64,000 nucleotides of DNA from Candidatus Marinacidobacterium sp. (GCA_965204755.1 OZ242011.1:1632001-1696000); one strand, 5' to 3'. Shown: positions 46,384 through 56,448, numbered from the stretch's first letter. The notes: a model not told the origin generated them from the sequence alone. Numbers and translations: made by a program.

Positions 46384-47592
46384 CTACCCTCGCCCCAGTC
46401 GTGTGGAACCGCAGGCGTTTGCGCTCACGGATCGAATCTTCTTCGGCAACAGGTCGAAGGTGTCCCCGTAGAGGTCGGTCAGCAGGTACGCGTCCCGATA
46501 GAGCAACCGTTCCTCCCGGACGGCGCGGACGACCGTCTCTGCGAATCGACGGCCGATCCGCCACCGTTGGGCGTTCCAGAACGCGGCCCCGTCGGTGGCC
46601 GCCGGCGCCGCCTTCGCCGAGAGTCGGCATTTTCGATAGCAGGCCCGGAACCGGTCGCCGCTGAGGTAACCCAGATCGAGAGCCCGGCGAGCGCTGACGA
46701 CGGGGCTGACCCGGAAACGCTGGGCCACCGAATCGAGCGGATTGTCCTGCGTGGCGATTCTCCGCCAATACGCTCGGAATTCGGTCTCCGGTAAGAGGAG
46801 TTCACCGGCAGCGCGGTCGCACAAGCGCTCGTTTCCGGGGTGGCCGGTCTGGAACTGCTCGAACCCGGAGACGCCGGATCGGCCGAGGGCCAAGTGCGCC
46901 AACTCGTGCGCCAGGGTGAACATCTGCGCCGCCTCGGAATCGGCGCCGTTGACGAACACGAGGGGGGCGTGCGGATCGAAAAGCGCGAATCCCTGGAACT
47001 CGTCGGGATCCAAGGCGCGGCCGGCGTCGTTCCCGACGACGCCGCTGAAGGTCACGAGAATACCGGCGGCTTCAGCGCGGTCACGCAATTTGTCGAACGC
47101 CTCCCTCCAACCGGCGGTCGGCGAAGCCCAGCCGTCACCGAGGTCCAGCGCCTCGCGGATCGTGCGGGCGACGGCGCGGGGCGTGTCGGTGGGCGTGTGC
47201 GAAGCGACGAAGGTCACCGGCGCCGCTCCCGAGTCGGCGAGTTCGTCTCGCATCCACGCCTGCCGTCGCAGCATGTCCCCGATGACCTCCATCAACTCCG
47301 GGCTCGCCAGGTCCACGGAGTCTCCGTCCCGCGTTCGATAGTCCGGAACGGGAAGGCCTTCTTCGGGCGGGCGGGACAAGTAGAGGAATCCGAAGGGCGT
47401 CCGCGTCTCGGACGACAGAGCCTCGATTTCGACCGGGCTCACCATTCCGGTTCGCTCCCACCCGGATACTCGCTCGGGCGCGACGGCCATCGCCCCCGCC
47501 AACTGCGTGATCGAAAAACGCGCTCGCTTGCGCGCCCACCGCAGCACATCCGGCTGCAACCTGAGTTGCGTTCGAGGCGCGCCGGAACTCAT
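46384..47592 (-). CDS. HTH + ImmA/IrrE metallopeptidase
   Basis: VLRWAR HTH, PDYRT, EFQGFAL, FTLAHELAH. Confidence 0.88.
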   Translation of the reverse strand: MSSGAPRTQLRLQPDVLRWARKRARFSITQLAGAMAVAPERVSGWERTGMVSPVEIEALSSETRTPFGFLYLSRPPEEGLPVPDYRTRDGDSVDLASPELMEVIGDMLRRQAWMRDELADSGAAPVTFVASHTPTDTPRAVARTIREALDLGDGWASPTAGWREAFDKLRDRAEAAGILVTFSGVVGNDAGRALDPDEFQGFALFDPHAPLVFVNGADSEAAQMFTLAHELAHLALGRSGVSGFEQFQTGHPGNERLCDRAAGELLLPETEFRAYWRRIATQDNPLDSVAQRFRVSPVVSARRALDLGYLSGDRFRACYRKCRLSAKAAPAATDGAAFWNAQRWRIGRRFAETVVRAVREERLLYRDAYLLTDLYGDTFDLLPKKIRSVSANACGSTRLGRG

Positions 47593-47660
47593 GCGACGAG
47601 ACTCTATCTCCGACTTCCGGCAAACCGTCGGTCTCCTCTGAACGAGGCGGAGTGGGCAGA

Positions 47661-47701
47661 ATGATTATCGAAAACAATATAATGATGACTACGATAATCA
47701 T
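47661..47701. promoter_or_regulatory. Inverted repeat flanking a TATAAT box and overlapping the ATPase start codon
   Basis: ATGATTATCG-N21-CGATAATCAT, with TATAAT at 47678-47683. Confidence 0.6.
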
Positions 47702-49082
47702 GCGTTTCCTCGACCGTGGCGACGAATTCCGGCGGCTGGATGCCGCCTTGGCGCGACCGGGCGGGTTCGCCGCGATTTGGGGGCGGCGGCGGGTGGGGAA
47801 GACCCGGCTGCTGGTGGAGTGGTCGAAGCAGCGGGACGGCCTCTACGCCGTCGCGGACGCATCGGCAGCGACGGTCCAGCGGCGGTATCTCGCCGAGGCG
47901 ATCGCCACTCGATTCCCCGGTTTCGCCGATGTCGAGTATCCCGACTGGCGGTCGCTGCTGGAGCGCGTGCGCGCCGAAGCCGCCGCGTCCCGGTGGCCGG
48001 GGCCGCTGATCCTCGACGAACTGCCCTATGTGATCGCGGCGGATCCGTCGTTCGTCGGCGTCCTGCAGAACTGGCTCGACCGGCCCGGCCCCCGTCCGGT
48101 GCTGGTAGTCAGCGGTTCGAGTCACCGGATGATGGCCGACGCCCTGTTCGACGCCGCCGCGCCGCTCTACGGTCGGACGGCGGAGGCCTTCGCGGTCCGC
48201 CCGCTGCGCCCCGGCCATCTCGCCGAGGCGTTTCCCGGTTCCTCCGCCGCCGAGCAGGTGTCCCTCCATGCGCTCTGGGGCGGGATGCCGCGCTACTGGG
48301 AACTCGCCGCGCCATTCGGGACCGACCTCGCCGGGGCGGTGGACGCGCTGGTCCTCGATCCCGCCGGGCCGCTCCACGACGAACCCGACCGCCTCCTGCG
48401 GCAGGAAATGCCGTCCGCGATATCGCTCCGGCCCGTGCTGGATGTGATCGGCGCGGGAGCGCACCGGCTCAGCGAAATCGCCGGCCGGTTGGGCAAGCCG
48501 GGGTCGAGCCTCTCCGGGCCGCTGGCGCTGCTGCAGGAGATGGAGTTCGCGCTCCGCGAGACCCCGTTCGGCAGCCCTCCCCGCTCCGGGAAACGCAGCC
48601 TCTACCGGTTGGCCGACCCGTTCCTGCGCCTGTGGTTCCGCGTCGTGGCGCCTCGCCGCGCCGCCTTGGCCGCCGCTCCGCCGGAAACCCGCCCGGCGTA
48701 CTGGAACCGGGTCCGCCGCTCACTCGAAGCGTCCGCTTGGGAAGAACTCTGCCGCCTCGCCGCGCCGACGCTCCACCGTGGCGATTCGCCCCTCGGCGCC
48801 CTCGGCCCCTGGGAGCCGGCGCAGCGCTATTGGCGCGGAAACGAACCGGAACTCGACCTCGTGGCCCGCTCCGTGGACGGCAAACGCCTCCTCGTCGGCG
48901 AAGCGAAGTGGCCGGCCGCAAGCCGCGCGACCGGCAAACCCCCTCTTCCCGATCCCTCCCGCCTACCGGGAGTCGAGCGGTATGAAGTCGTCCACGCTTA
49001 CTTCACGCCGCATAGGACCCGCCGGAAACGCGGCGATGTCCACTTCGTGGACGCCGAAACAGTCCTCGCCGCGCTTGCCTGA
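47700..49082 (+). CDS. Archaeal-type ATPase with DUF234 / PD-(D/E)XK C-terminus
   Basis: FLDR..E, GRRRVGKT, ILDELPY, PLYGR, GGMPRY, DPFLRLWF, ELDLV...GEAKW. Confidence 0.88.
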   Translation: MRFLDRGDEFRRLDAALARPGGFAAIWGRRRVGKTRLLVEWSKQRDGLYAVADASAATVQRRYLAEAIATRFPGFADVEYPDWRSLLERVRAEAAASRWPGPLILDELPYVIAADPSFVGVLQNWLDRPGPRPVLVVSGSSHRMMADALFDAAAPLYGRTAEAFAVRPLRPGHLAEAFPGSSAAEQVSLHALWGGMPRYWELAAPFGTDLAGAVDALVLDPAGPLHDEPDRLLRQEMPSAISLRPVLDVIGAGAHRLSEIAGRLGKPGSSLSGPLALLQEMEFALRETPFGSPPRSGKRSLYRLADPFLRLWFRVVAPRRAALAAAPPETRPAYWNRVRRSLEASAWEELCRLAAPTLHRGDSPLGALGPWEPAQRYWRGNEPELDLVARSVDGKRLLVGEAKWPAASRATGKPPLPDPSRLPGVERYEVVHAYFTPHRTRRKRGDVHFVDAETVLAALA

Positions 49083-49149
49083 ACCGCCGGCCGTCGAACC
49101 GCCGACGGGGAATGCGGTCACATTCCGCGAAGGCGCTCCGTCCCGGCGC

Positions 49150-50241
49150 CTACCTCCGCAGCGCCAGGCCCCAGGGTGAAGCGCCGGCGGGGAGGCGGGC
49201 GATTACGGTGAGGGAGGCGGTGTCGAGGACGCTGACATCGTTGGAGGGGCCGTTCGCGGTATAGACGAAGCGGCCGTCGGGGGAGACGGCGATACCCCAA
49301 GGGCGTTCGCCGACTTCGACATCGGCGGTGACTTCGCCGGTGGCGAGCGCCACTACCGAGACGGTCTTCGAGCGGCCGTTCGCCACATAGAGCGTCCCGG
49401 AGTCGGGCGACAGCGCGACGCCCATGCTGCGGGAGCCTTCCGGCAGCGTGATCGTCCGGCTGACGCGGTTTTCGGCGACGACGATTTCGGACACCGTGCC
49501 GTCGATCTCCGCCGACACATACGCGAACTGCCCGTCGGGGGTGAACACGGCGTCCCGCGGGCGGTGGCCGACGCCGATGCGGGCGATCTCGTCGCCGGTC
49601 GCCGTGTCGAGGACGGTGACATCGTGGTCGGTTTCGCCGGTCACATACGCCAGCGTCCCGTCGGGGCTGATGCGGACGCCCTCCGGTTCCCGGCCGACCG
49701 GCACGGTGCGGAAGATTTCGCCGGAGGCGAGGTCCACCAGACTGGCTTCGTCGGAGTCCTCGTTGGACACGACGATGCGCATTCCGTCCGGCGTGATGTC
49801 GAAGGTCTCCGGGTCGGAGCCTCCGGGGAGGATGCGGGTGCGCTCCGCCGACCGGAGGTCCACTTCGGCGATGCCGTCGAGGGTCTTGTCCGGTTCGGCG
49901 CATTCCTCTTCCTCCATCCACGGCGGACACTTCGGCGAGCCGGAGAGCGCCACATAGGCGAACTCGCCGCCGGGAGCCACGCGCACGCCGCGCGGGCGGG
50001 TGCCGACTTCGATCTCCGCCGTTACTTCGCCGGTTTCGAGCGCGATGAGGCTGATCGTTCCCGCGTCCTCGTTCGAGACGAGCAGCGTGCCTTCGCCGTA
50101 CGAGCCGGAAACCGCCGGCGCGTCCGGCGACCCCGCGTCACCCGCCGGCGCTTCGCCGCCGGGCGCGCCGCACCCGCCGAAGACCAAACCGCCGAGCGCC
50201 GCGGCGAAGAGCCGCCGCAGAACCGTCGTCCTCCGGTTCAC
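49150..50241 (-). CDS. YVTN-type beta-propeller lipoprotein (PQQ-catabolism associated)
   Basis: GTG overlaps the upstream stop. Lipobox FGGC. Repeated VG..P.G..SPDG..YV.N units. Confidence 0.85.
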   Translation of the reverse strand: MNRRTTVLRRLFAAALGGLVFGGCGAPGGEAPAGDAGSPDAPAVSGSYGEGTLLVSNEDAGTISLIALETGEVTAEIEVGTRPRGVRVAPGGEFAYVALSGSPKCPPWMEEEECAEPDKTLDGIAEVDLRSAERTRILPGGSDPETFDITPDGMRIVVSNEDSDEASLVDLASGEIFRTVPVGREPEGVRISPDGTLAYVTGETDHDVTVLDTATGDEIARIGVGHRPRDAVFTPDGQFAYVSAEIDGTVSEIVVAENRVSRTITLPEGSRSMGVALSPDSGTLYVANGRSKTVSVVALATGEVTADVEVGERPWGIAVSPDGRFVYTANGPSNDVSVLDTASLTVIARLPAGASPWGLALRR

Positions 50242-51881
50242 TCGTTCTCTCCCGCGCCGCCTCCGTCCGCGCCGCCCACGAGACCGAAGGTGAACAGCGA
50301 CTGGCCCGTCGCGACCGTGATGAACTGTTCCCCGTCCAGCGCGAAGGACATCGGCGCCGCGCGCACGCCGCCGCCGGTTTGGAAGTCCCACAGCGGCTCG
50401 CCGGTATCGGCGTCCAGCGCGAACACATTGCCCTCGTTCGTCCCGCTGAAGACCAGCCCGGAAGCGGTCGCCAGGACGCCGGACACCGCCGGCGTCAACT
50501 GCTTGAACTCCCACCGGAGGTCGCCGGTGAGCGCGTCGAGCGCCCGCACCGCGCCGTAGGTCTCCTCCGTCTCCGGCCGCCGCTCGCCGCCGCCGAGGAA
50601 CGGCGTCCCGGGGACATACTCCACATCGCTCTTGAAGTAGATCGAAGACATCTCCCGGGTGGGAACGAACAGCGTCTGCCGGTTCGGGTCGTAGGCCGGG
50701 CTGTACCAATTCGTCGCGCCGGCGAGACTCGGCCAAACCAGCGTGCCCTCCTCGGACGGGTCCATACCCGGAATGAGGATCGGGCGCCCGTTCTCGTCTA
50801 TCCCTTCGGCCCAGGTCTGCGTGGCGTACTGCGTCGCCCGCAGGAACTGGCCGGTTTCCCGGTCGAGCACATAGTAGAAGGCGTTGCGGTTGGCGAGGAT
50901 CACCAGTTTGCGCGGCGTCCCTTCCCATTCCGCGTCCACCAGCACCGGGATCTGGTTCGCGTCCCAGTCGTGGGTGTCGTGCGGGGTGAACTGGAAGTGC
51001 CAGCGCAACTCGCCGGTCTCCACATCCAGCGCCAGGATCGAGCAGGTGTAGAGGTTGTCGCCGGGCCGCACATCGCCGTTCCAGTCCGGAGCGGGGTTGC
51101 CGATGCCCCAATAGAGCAGCCCCAGTTCGGGGTCGTAGGAACCGGTGAGCCAGGTCGCGCCGCCCCCGGTCTTCCAGGCGTCGCCTTCCCAGGTATCGCC
51201 TCCCGGTTCGTCCGGCGACGGGACGGTCCAGAACCGCCAGGCCCGCTCGCCGGTCTCGGCGTCGTAGGCGTCGAGGAAGCCGCGCACGCCGGCCTCGCCG
51301 CCGCTCATGCCCACGATGACCTTCCCGTCCACCGCGAGCGGCGCGGCGGTGATCGCGTAGCCGACCGCGTTGTCGGCCATCGGCACGCTCCACCGGACAT
51401 CGCCCGTAGCGCGGTCGAGCGCGATGACCCGCGCGTCCAGCGTCCCGAAGAACACCGATTCGCCGAGCAGCGCCACCCCCCGGTTCGCCCGCGGGAACCC
51501 GATGTTCAGGGTTTCCTCCGGGACCACCGGGTCGTAACGCCAGAGCCGGCGCCCGGTATGGGCGTCCAGCGCGGCGACGGTGCTGGGCGGCTCGCTGATG
51601 TACATGACGCCGTCCACCACCAACGGGGTCACTTCGACCCGCCCGGCCGTGCCGGTCTGGTAGATCCACGCCGGGCGCAGCCGGGAGACATTCCCCGGCG
51701 TGATCCGGTCGAGGCGGGAGTAGCGCTCCGACCGGTAGTTGCCGTTGTAGTGGAGCCAGTCGGACGGCTCGTCATCGGTTGCGACCAGTTGCGAGTACGA
51801 AACCTGGGCCGCGCCCGGCAGGGCGAAGAGCCCGGAGAGGAGGGCGGCCAGCGCGCCGCCCGCGAGAGTTCGAGTAGTCAT
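50238..51881 (-). CDS. PQQ-dependent dehydrogenase (alcohol/methanol family-like)
   Basis: Signal peptide, TPLVVDG, W-repeats, YWGIGNP, HFQFTPHDTHDWD, GATNW. Confidence 0.9.
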   Translation of the reverse strand: MTTRTLAGGALAALLSGLFALPGAAQVSYSQLVATDDEPSDWLHYNGNYRSERYSRLDRITPGNVSRLRPAWIYQTGTAGRVEVTPLVVDGVMYISEPPSTVAALDAHTGRRLWRYDPVVPEETLNIGFPRANRGVALLGESVFFGTLDARVIALDRATGDVRWSVPMADNAVGYAITAAPLAVDGKVIVGMSGGEAGVRGFLDAYDAETGERAWRFWTVPSPDEPGGDTWEGDAWKTGGGATWLTGSYDPELGLLYWGIGNPAPDWNGDVRPGDNLYTCSILALDVETGELRWHFQFTPHDTHDWDANQIPVLVDAEWEGTPRKLVILANRNAFYYVLDRETGQFLRATQYATQTWAEGIDENGRPILIPGMDPSEEGTLVWPSLAGATNWYSPAYDPNRQTLFVPTREMSSIYFKSDVEYVPGTPFLGGGERRPETEETYGAVRALDALTGDLRWEFKQLTPAVSGVLATASGLVFSGTNEGNVFALDADTGEPLWDFQTGGGVRAAPMSFALDGEQFITVATGQSLFTFGLVGGADGGGAGENE

Positions 51882-52711
51882 CGGGACGGCCCTCCCTCGG
51901 GACCGCGCAGCGTGGCCAAGTAAGCGACCAGGTCGTCGAGTTCGTCGTCGCCGAAGTCCGCGTAACTCATCATCAGGCTCTCCTCCGGCAGGAGTTCGAA
52001 CCGGCGGATCTCGGTCTTGCGGAACGACCGCAGTCGGCCCGCCTGGTCGAGGATCTGGATGGTGAAGGTGTCTTCGTTCATCCGGACGCCCATGGTTTCG
52101 GCGCCGCCGGCGTCTTCCACGAGGACGGTCCGGTAGCGCGGCGTCACCGAGGCGGCGGGATCGCGGATGGACTCCCGCAGGTGTTCGCTCCCGCGAAGGA
52201 GCCCGATGTCGGAGAGGTCGGGGCCGAAGGCGATGCCTTCGCCGTTCACCACATGGCAGGTGGAACAGAGCGTCGCGTCGTAGAGGTCCCGTCCCCGCGC
52301 CGGGTCGCCGGGCAGGTCTTCGCGGGCCACCGTGCCGAGCGACCGCACATAGGCGGCCACGCCCCGGATCTCCTGCCCGTTCAGCGTCCACGCGCCGGGC
52401 ATGTCGGTCCCGTCGATGCCGTCCTCCACGATGGACAGCAGCGCTTCGTCGGTCGTCGAACGCCGCAGGTTCTCCCGCATCAGGTTGGGCCCTTCGCCGC
52501 CGACCCCGCCGAGGCCGTGGCACCGGGAGCAGTGGATGTCGAAGAGGCGTTGCCCCTGCGTCAGTTCCTCCGGCGCGGCTTCGTCGAGCGGCGGGCCGGT
52601 CTGTCGTTCGGCCGCGGCGGCCCCGGCGGGGGCCGCGGCGAGCGCCGCGCCCAGCAGCCAGGCGCCTCCGGCGCGCCCGCCCCGTTCCGGGAGTCGGATG
52701 AGTCTTTCCAT
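51878..52711 (-). CDS. Di-heme cytochrome c
   Basis: CSRCH and CSTCH motifs, GPDLSDIG. Overlaps the PQQ gene start. Confidence 0.88.
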   Translation of the reverse strand: MERLIRLPERGGRAGGAWLLGAALAAAPAGAAAAERQTGPPLDEAAPEELTQGQRLFDIHCSRCHGLGGVGGEGPNLMRENLRRSTTDEALLSIVEDGIDGTDMPGAWTLNGQEIRGVAAYVRSLGTVAREDLPGDPARGRDLYDATLCSTCHVVNGEGIAFGPDLSDIGLLRGSEHLRESIRDPAASVTPRYRTVLVEDAGGAETMGVRMNEDTFTIQILDQAGRLRSFRKTEIRRFELLPEESLMMSYADFGDDELDDLVAYLATLRGPEGGPSR

Positions 52712-52803
52712 TGGTCGCTCGCTCCTGTTCCGCGGACTGTACCAACCCCCTCCGGCCGACTACCATTCGGCGGCTTCCCCGCCCGCTGTCCCGAACCGGC
52801 GCC

Positions 52804-54003
52804 ATGCCCCGCGGCACCCCCTTCCACTCCCGCACCGCCCCGCTCTGCGGCAGTTACCGCTGGAAGGAGTGGGCCGGCTACTTCGTGGTGGAAGCCTTCG
52901 ACCGCTTCCACGATCCCGAATACCACGCCGTGCGCTCGGGCGCGGCGCTCTTCGATGTGTCGCCGCTCCACAAGTACGACATCCGGGGGCGGGACGCGAC
53001 GGCGTTCACCGACCGGCTCATCACGAGGAATGTGGCGCGGTCGAAACCCGGGCAGGTGCTCTACTCCGGGTGGTGCTCGTCGGACGGGAAACTGCTGCAG
53101 GACGGTTGCTTCCAGCGGTTCGCCGACGACCATGTCCGCGCCACCGCGGTGGACCCCACGCTGCCGTGGTTCGAATCGGTCGCCGAAGGCTTGGACGCGC
53201 GGATCGAAGATGTTTCGGAGGAACTCGCCGCGCTCGCGCTCCAGGGGCCGGCTTCGCACGCCGTCCTGAACGCGCTGGCCGACGACGACCTGTCCGGTCT
53301 CGGTTTCTTCCGGCTGCGCGAAACGCGGCTCGGCGGGCTCGCCGTCGTCGTGACCCGCACCGGCTATACCGGCGATCTCGGCTACGAACTCTGGGTGGAG
53401 CGTGATGCGGCGCCGGCGCTCTGGGACCTGCTGCTCGGAGCCGGGGAACCCATGGGTCTCCGTCCCGCGGGAATGCTCGCGCTCGACCGCGCCCGGGTGG
53501 AGGCCGGTTTCCCGTTGATCGATGTGGACTTTTGGAATGCCGACCACGCGCTCACCGAGGCGCAGAAGTCCACGCCGTTCGAGGTGGGGCTCGGCTGGGC
53601 GGTGAGCGCGAAGAAAGGCCCGTTCATCGGTCAGGCGGCGCTCGCGGCGGAGCGGGTGGGCGGGCCGGAACGATTCTTCGTCGGCATCGAAACCTCCATC
53701 CTCGAGTTGGAGCGCTTGTTCGCGCCGGATGGTCTGGCGCCCGAAGTCGGCGACGAAGTGGATCGGCGCGGCGTCCCGGTGTATTCCGGCGGTGAGCAGG
53801 TCGGACGCGCCACCAGCGTCTGCTGGTCGCCGCTGTTGAAACGCCTGCTCGCGCTCGCCACCGTGGATCGGGGTTACCAAGAACCGGGCACGCCGGTGGA
53901 GATCGAAGTCACCGTGGAGTACGAGCGCCGCCGCGCCCGCTCGAGGGTCGCCGCGCTGCCGTTCTTCGACCCGCCGAGGAAGCGCCGCGCGCCCGCCGCC
54001 TGA
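52804..54003 (+). CDS. GcvT-family aminomethyltransferase/demethylase
   Basis: EYHAVR..AALFDVS, LALQGP, RTGYTGDLGYE, RVEAG, PFFDP. Confidence 0.9.
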   Translation: MPRGTPFHSRTAPLCGSYRWKEWAGYFVVEAFDRFHDPEYHAVRSGAALFDVSPLHKYDIRGRDATAFTDRLITRNVARSKPGQVLYSGWCSSDGKLLQDGCFQRFADDHVRATAVDPTLPWFESVAEGLDARIEDVSEELAALALQGPASHAVLNALADDDLSGLGFFRLRETRLGGLAVVVTRTGYTGDLGYELWVERDAAPALWDLLLGAGEPMGLRPAGMLALDRARVEAGFPLIDVDFWNADHALTEAQKSTPFEVGLGWAVSAKKGPFIGQAALAAERVGGPERFFVGIETSILELERLFAPDGLAPEVGDEVDRRGVPVYSGGEQVGRATSVCWSPLLKRLLALATVDRGYQEPGTPVEIEVTVEYERRRARSRVAALPFFDPPRKRRAPAA

Positions 54004-55127
54004 TGCCCGCGCCGGCGACTTACTCGGATACCCGGCCGGAGGCGCCGGCCGACGCGAAGACGCTGCCGGCGCGCTACTACACCGACCCGGGGATATTCCT
54101 CCGGGAACGGGAGCGCATCCACCGGGCGATGTGGACGGCGGTCTGCCGCAGCGAGGAGTTGCCGGAAGCCGGGAGTTACCGGCTGGTCGAAGTCGCCGGC
54201 GACTCCCTGGTCGCGCTGCGCGACGCCGACGGGAGGGCGCGCGCCCACCACAATGTCTGCCGCCACCGGGGAACGCGGTTGCTCGAAGAGGACGCGGGAC
54301 GCCTTCCCGGCGCGGTTTCCTGTCCCTACCACGCGTGGACCTACGGTCTCGACGGCTCGCTCCGCAGCGCGCCGCACATGGAGCGGGCGCCGGGTTTCGA
54401 TCCGGCGGACTACCCGCTGGTCTCCGCGGACTGCGGCGAGTGGGGCGGTTCGGTGTTCTGCCGCGTCGAGCGGGGCGGCGAATCCCTCGCCGAACAGTTG
54501 GGCCCGGCGGCGGAGCGGCTCGCTCCGTGGGGCCTGGAATCGCTGACGAGTGTCCGTTCCATCGAGTACGACCTGCGGGCGAACTGGAAACTCGTGCTGC
54601 AGAACTTCTCCGAGTGTCTCCATTGCCCGGTGATCCATCCGCAACTGCAGCGCGTCTCGCACTACCTGAGCGGCGAGAACTATCCGGTGACGCCGGGAAC
54701 CGTCGGCTCGGCGATGGATCTCGCCGACGGCGCCGAGACCCTGACCGCGGACGGCCGCCGGGTCGCGCCGCCGCTGCCGGGCGTCGGCCCGGAAGACCGC
54801 CGCCGGGTCCTGTACTTCGTCCTCCTGCCGAACCTGCTCCTGTGCCTCCATCCCGACTACGCGGTGACCGGCCGTCTCGAACCGCTGGCGGTGGATCGCA
54901 CGCGCATCCGTTGCGACTGGCTCTTCGCGCCGGAATCCGCCGCCGCGCCGGGATTCGACCCCGCCCCGGCGGTCGAGTTCTGGGACGCGACGAACCGCCA
55001 GGACTGGCGCGTCTGCGAATCCGCGCAGGCGGGGATCGCTTCTTCCGCCTACCGCCCCGGCCCCTACTCCAACCGCGAAGACCAACTCTGGGAGATCGAC
55101 CGCCTGGTCCTCGACCGCCTCTCCTGA
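54003..55127 (+). CDS. Rieske oxygenase alpha subunit (choline/betaine monooxygenase-like)
   Basis: NVCRHRG...CPYHAW Rieske motif. NWK...ECLHC..IH and QD non-heme iron ligands. Confidence 0.9.
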   Translation: MPAPATYSDTRPEAPADAKTLPARYYTDPGIFLRERERIHRAMWTAVCRSEELPEAGSYRLVEVAGDSLVALRDADGRARAHHNVCRHRGTRLLEEDAGRLPGAVSCPYHAWTYGLDGSLRSAPHMERAPGFDPADYPLVSADCGEWGGSVFCRVERGGESLAEQLGPAAERLAPWGLESLTSVRSIEYDLRANWKLVLQNFSECLHCPVIHPQLQRVSHYLSGENYPVTPGTVGSAMDLADGAETLTADGRRVAPPLPGVGPEDRRRVLYFVLLPNLLLCLHPDYAVTGRLEPLAVDRTRIRCDWLFAPESAAAPGFDPAPAVEFWDATNRQDWRVCESAQAGIASSAYRPGPYSNREDQLWEIDRLVLDRLS

Positions 55128-55143
55128 ACCGCCGCGCGGCGAT

Positions 55144-56325
55144 TCAGTTCGGCGGTTCGTCTTCCGGGGCGCGCCCCTCCAGGATGTCGAGGAGGCGGTC
55201 GTAGGCGAAGACGCGCTCGCGCTTCCCGCCGGCGGTTTCGGCCAGCAACCCGATCCCCTGGAGCCGCGCCACGGCGCCGGTCGCGCGCCCCCGGGAGCCA
55301 TCCAGCACGGTTTGGGCGTCGCCGATCGACAGGAATGGCCGGAGGCGGGCGAACTCGAACACCGCGAGCGCGGACGGCGCGGCCCGGGCCATTTCCCGGA
55401 TCCGCGCCCGGTCCGCGTCGAACAGCGCGAGCAGCCGCCGCCCGGTCTCGACCGCGTGGCGGGCGGTTTCGACGACGCCCTGCAGGAAGAACCGCATCCA
55501 GCCCTCCCAGTCGCCGGAGACGCGCACTGCGTTCAGCCGGTCGTAGTACTCCCACTGGTGTGCGAGGAAGTACCGGCTGAGGTAGAGCAGCGGCGAGCGC
55601 AGGACTTCCGCCTCGCTGAGGAGCAGCGCGATGAGCGCCCGTCCGGCGCGCCCGTTCCCGTCGAGGTACGGATGGATCGTCTCGAACTGGACATGCGCGA
55701 GTCCCGACTTCACCAGCGGCGGCAGGTTCGATTCCGCGTGGAAGAACTCCTGCAGGTCGCCCATGAGATCGGGCACCCGGTCGGGCGGAGGCGGGACGAA
55801 CCGCGCGAGACTCGGACGAGGCCCGCCGATCCAGACATGACTCCGGCGCAACTCTCCGGGCGTCTTCCTCGTCTGTCCGCGGAGCAGGACCCCGTGGAGT
55901 TCGCAGAGGAGGTTGGTCGAAGTCGGAAACCCCGCCCGAAGCCGATCGAGGCCGTAGTCCAGCGCCTCCGCGGCCGCCTGCGTCTCCCGCGTGTCCGCCG
56001 GATGCCGCCCGCCCGGCCCGAAGCCCGCCCGGAACCGGAGGACATCGGAAACGGACGACTCGATCCCCTCGATCCACGACGAGCAGACCGCCTCCTTCAC
56101 GGCGAACAGCGGCGCGAGCGACTCCCCCGCCCGCCTCTCCAACTCGGCGAGCCTCCCGAGTTCCCGGTGCGCCTTCCCGATGAGCGCCAGCATCCCCTCC
56201 ACCCGCAGCGGCGGCGCCGGCGGCAGCGCATCCGGCACGAACGCCTCCACCCGCTCCCCGGCCACGGTCGTGGCGATGGTGGTCCCCACGCTGCGGCGCG
56301 GGACAGTCGGGATCGTGGGGAGCAT
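55144..56325 (-). CDS. Fic family protein (class II)
   Basis: HPYLDGNGRAGR catalytic motif. N-terminal inhibitory SSWIEG motif. Confidence 0.92.
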   Translation of the reverse strand: MLPTIPTVPRRSVGTTIATTVAGERVEAFVPDALPPAPPLRVEGMLALIGKAHRELGRLAELERRAGESLAPLFAVKEAVCSSWIEGIESSVSDVLRFRAGFGPGGRHPADTRETQAAAEALDYGLDRLRAGFPTSTNLLCELHGVLLRGQTRKTPGELRRSHVWIGGPRPSLARFVPPPPDRVPDLMGDLQEFFHAESNLPPLVKSGLAHVQFETIHPYLDGNGRAGRALIALLLSEAEVLRSPLLYLSRYFLAHQWEYYDRLNAVRVSGDWEGWMRFFLQGVVETARHAVETGRRLLALFDADRARIREMARAAPSALAVFEFARLRPFLSIGDAQTVLDGSRGRATGAVARLQGIGLLAETAGGKRERVFAYDRLLDILEGRAPEDEPPN

Positions 56326-56448
56326 CGGAGACTCTCTTCTGGACTACGCGGTCACTCTACCGTCCCGGATGCGACCGCGCTATCTCCGGCTGAGTAGAAT
56401 TCCGCGCCCGCCGGGACGAAACCGCGCGGCGCCGGCGGAGGCTCCACC

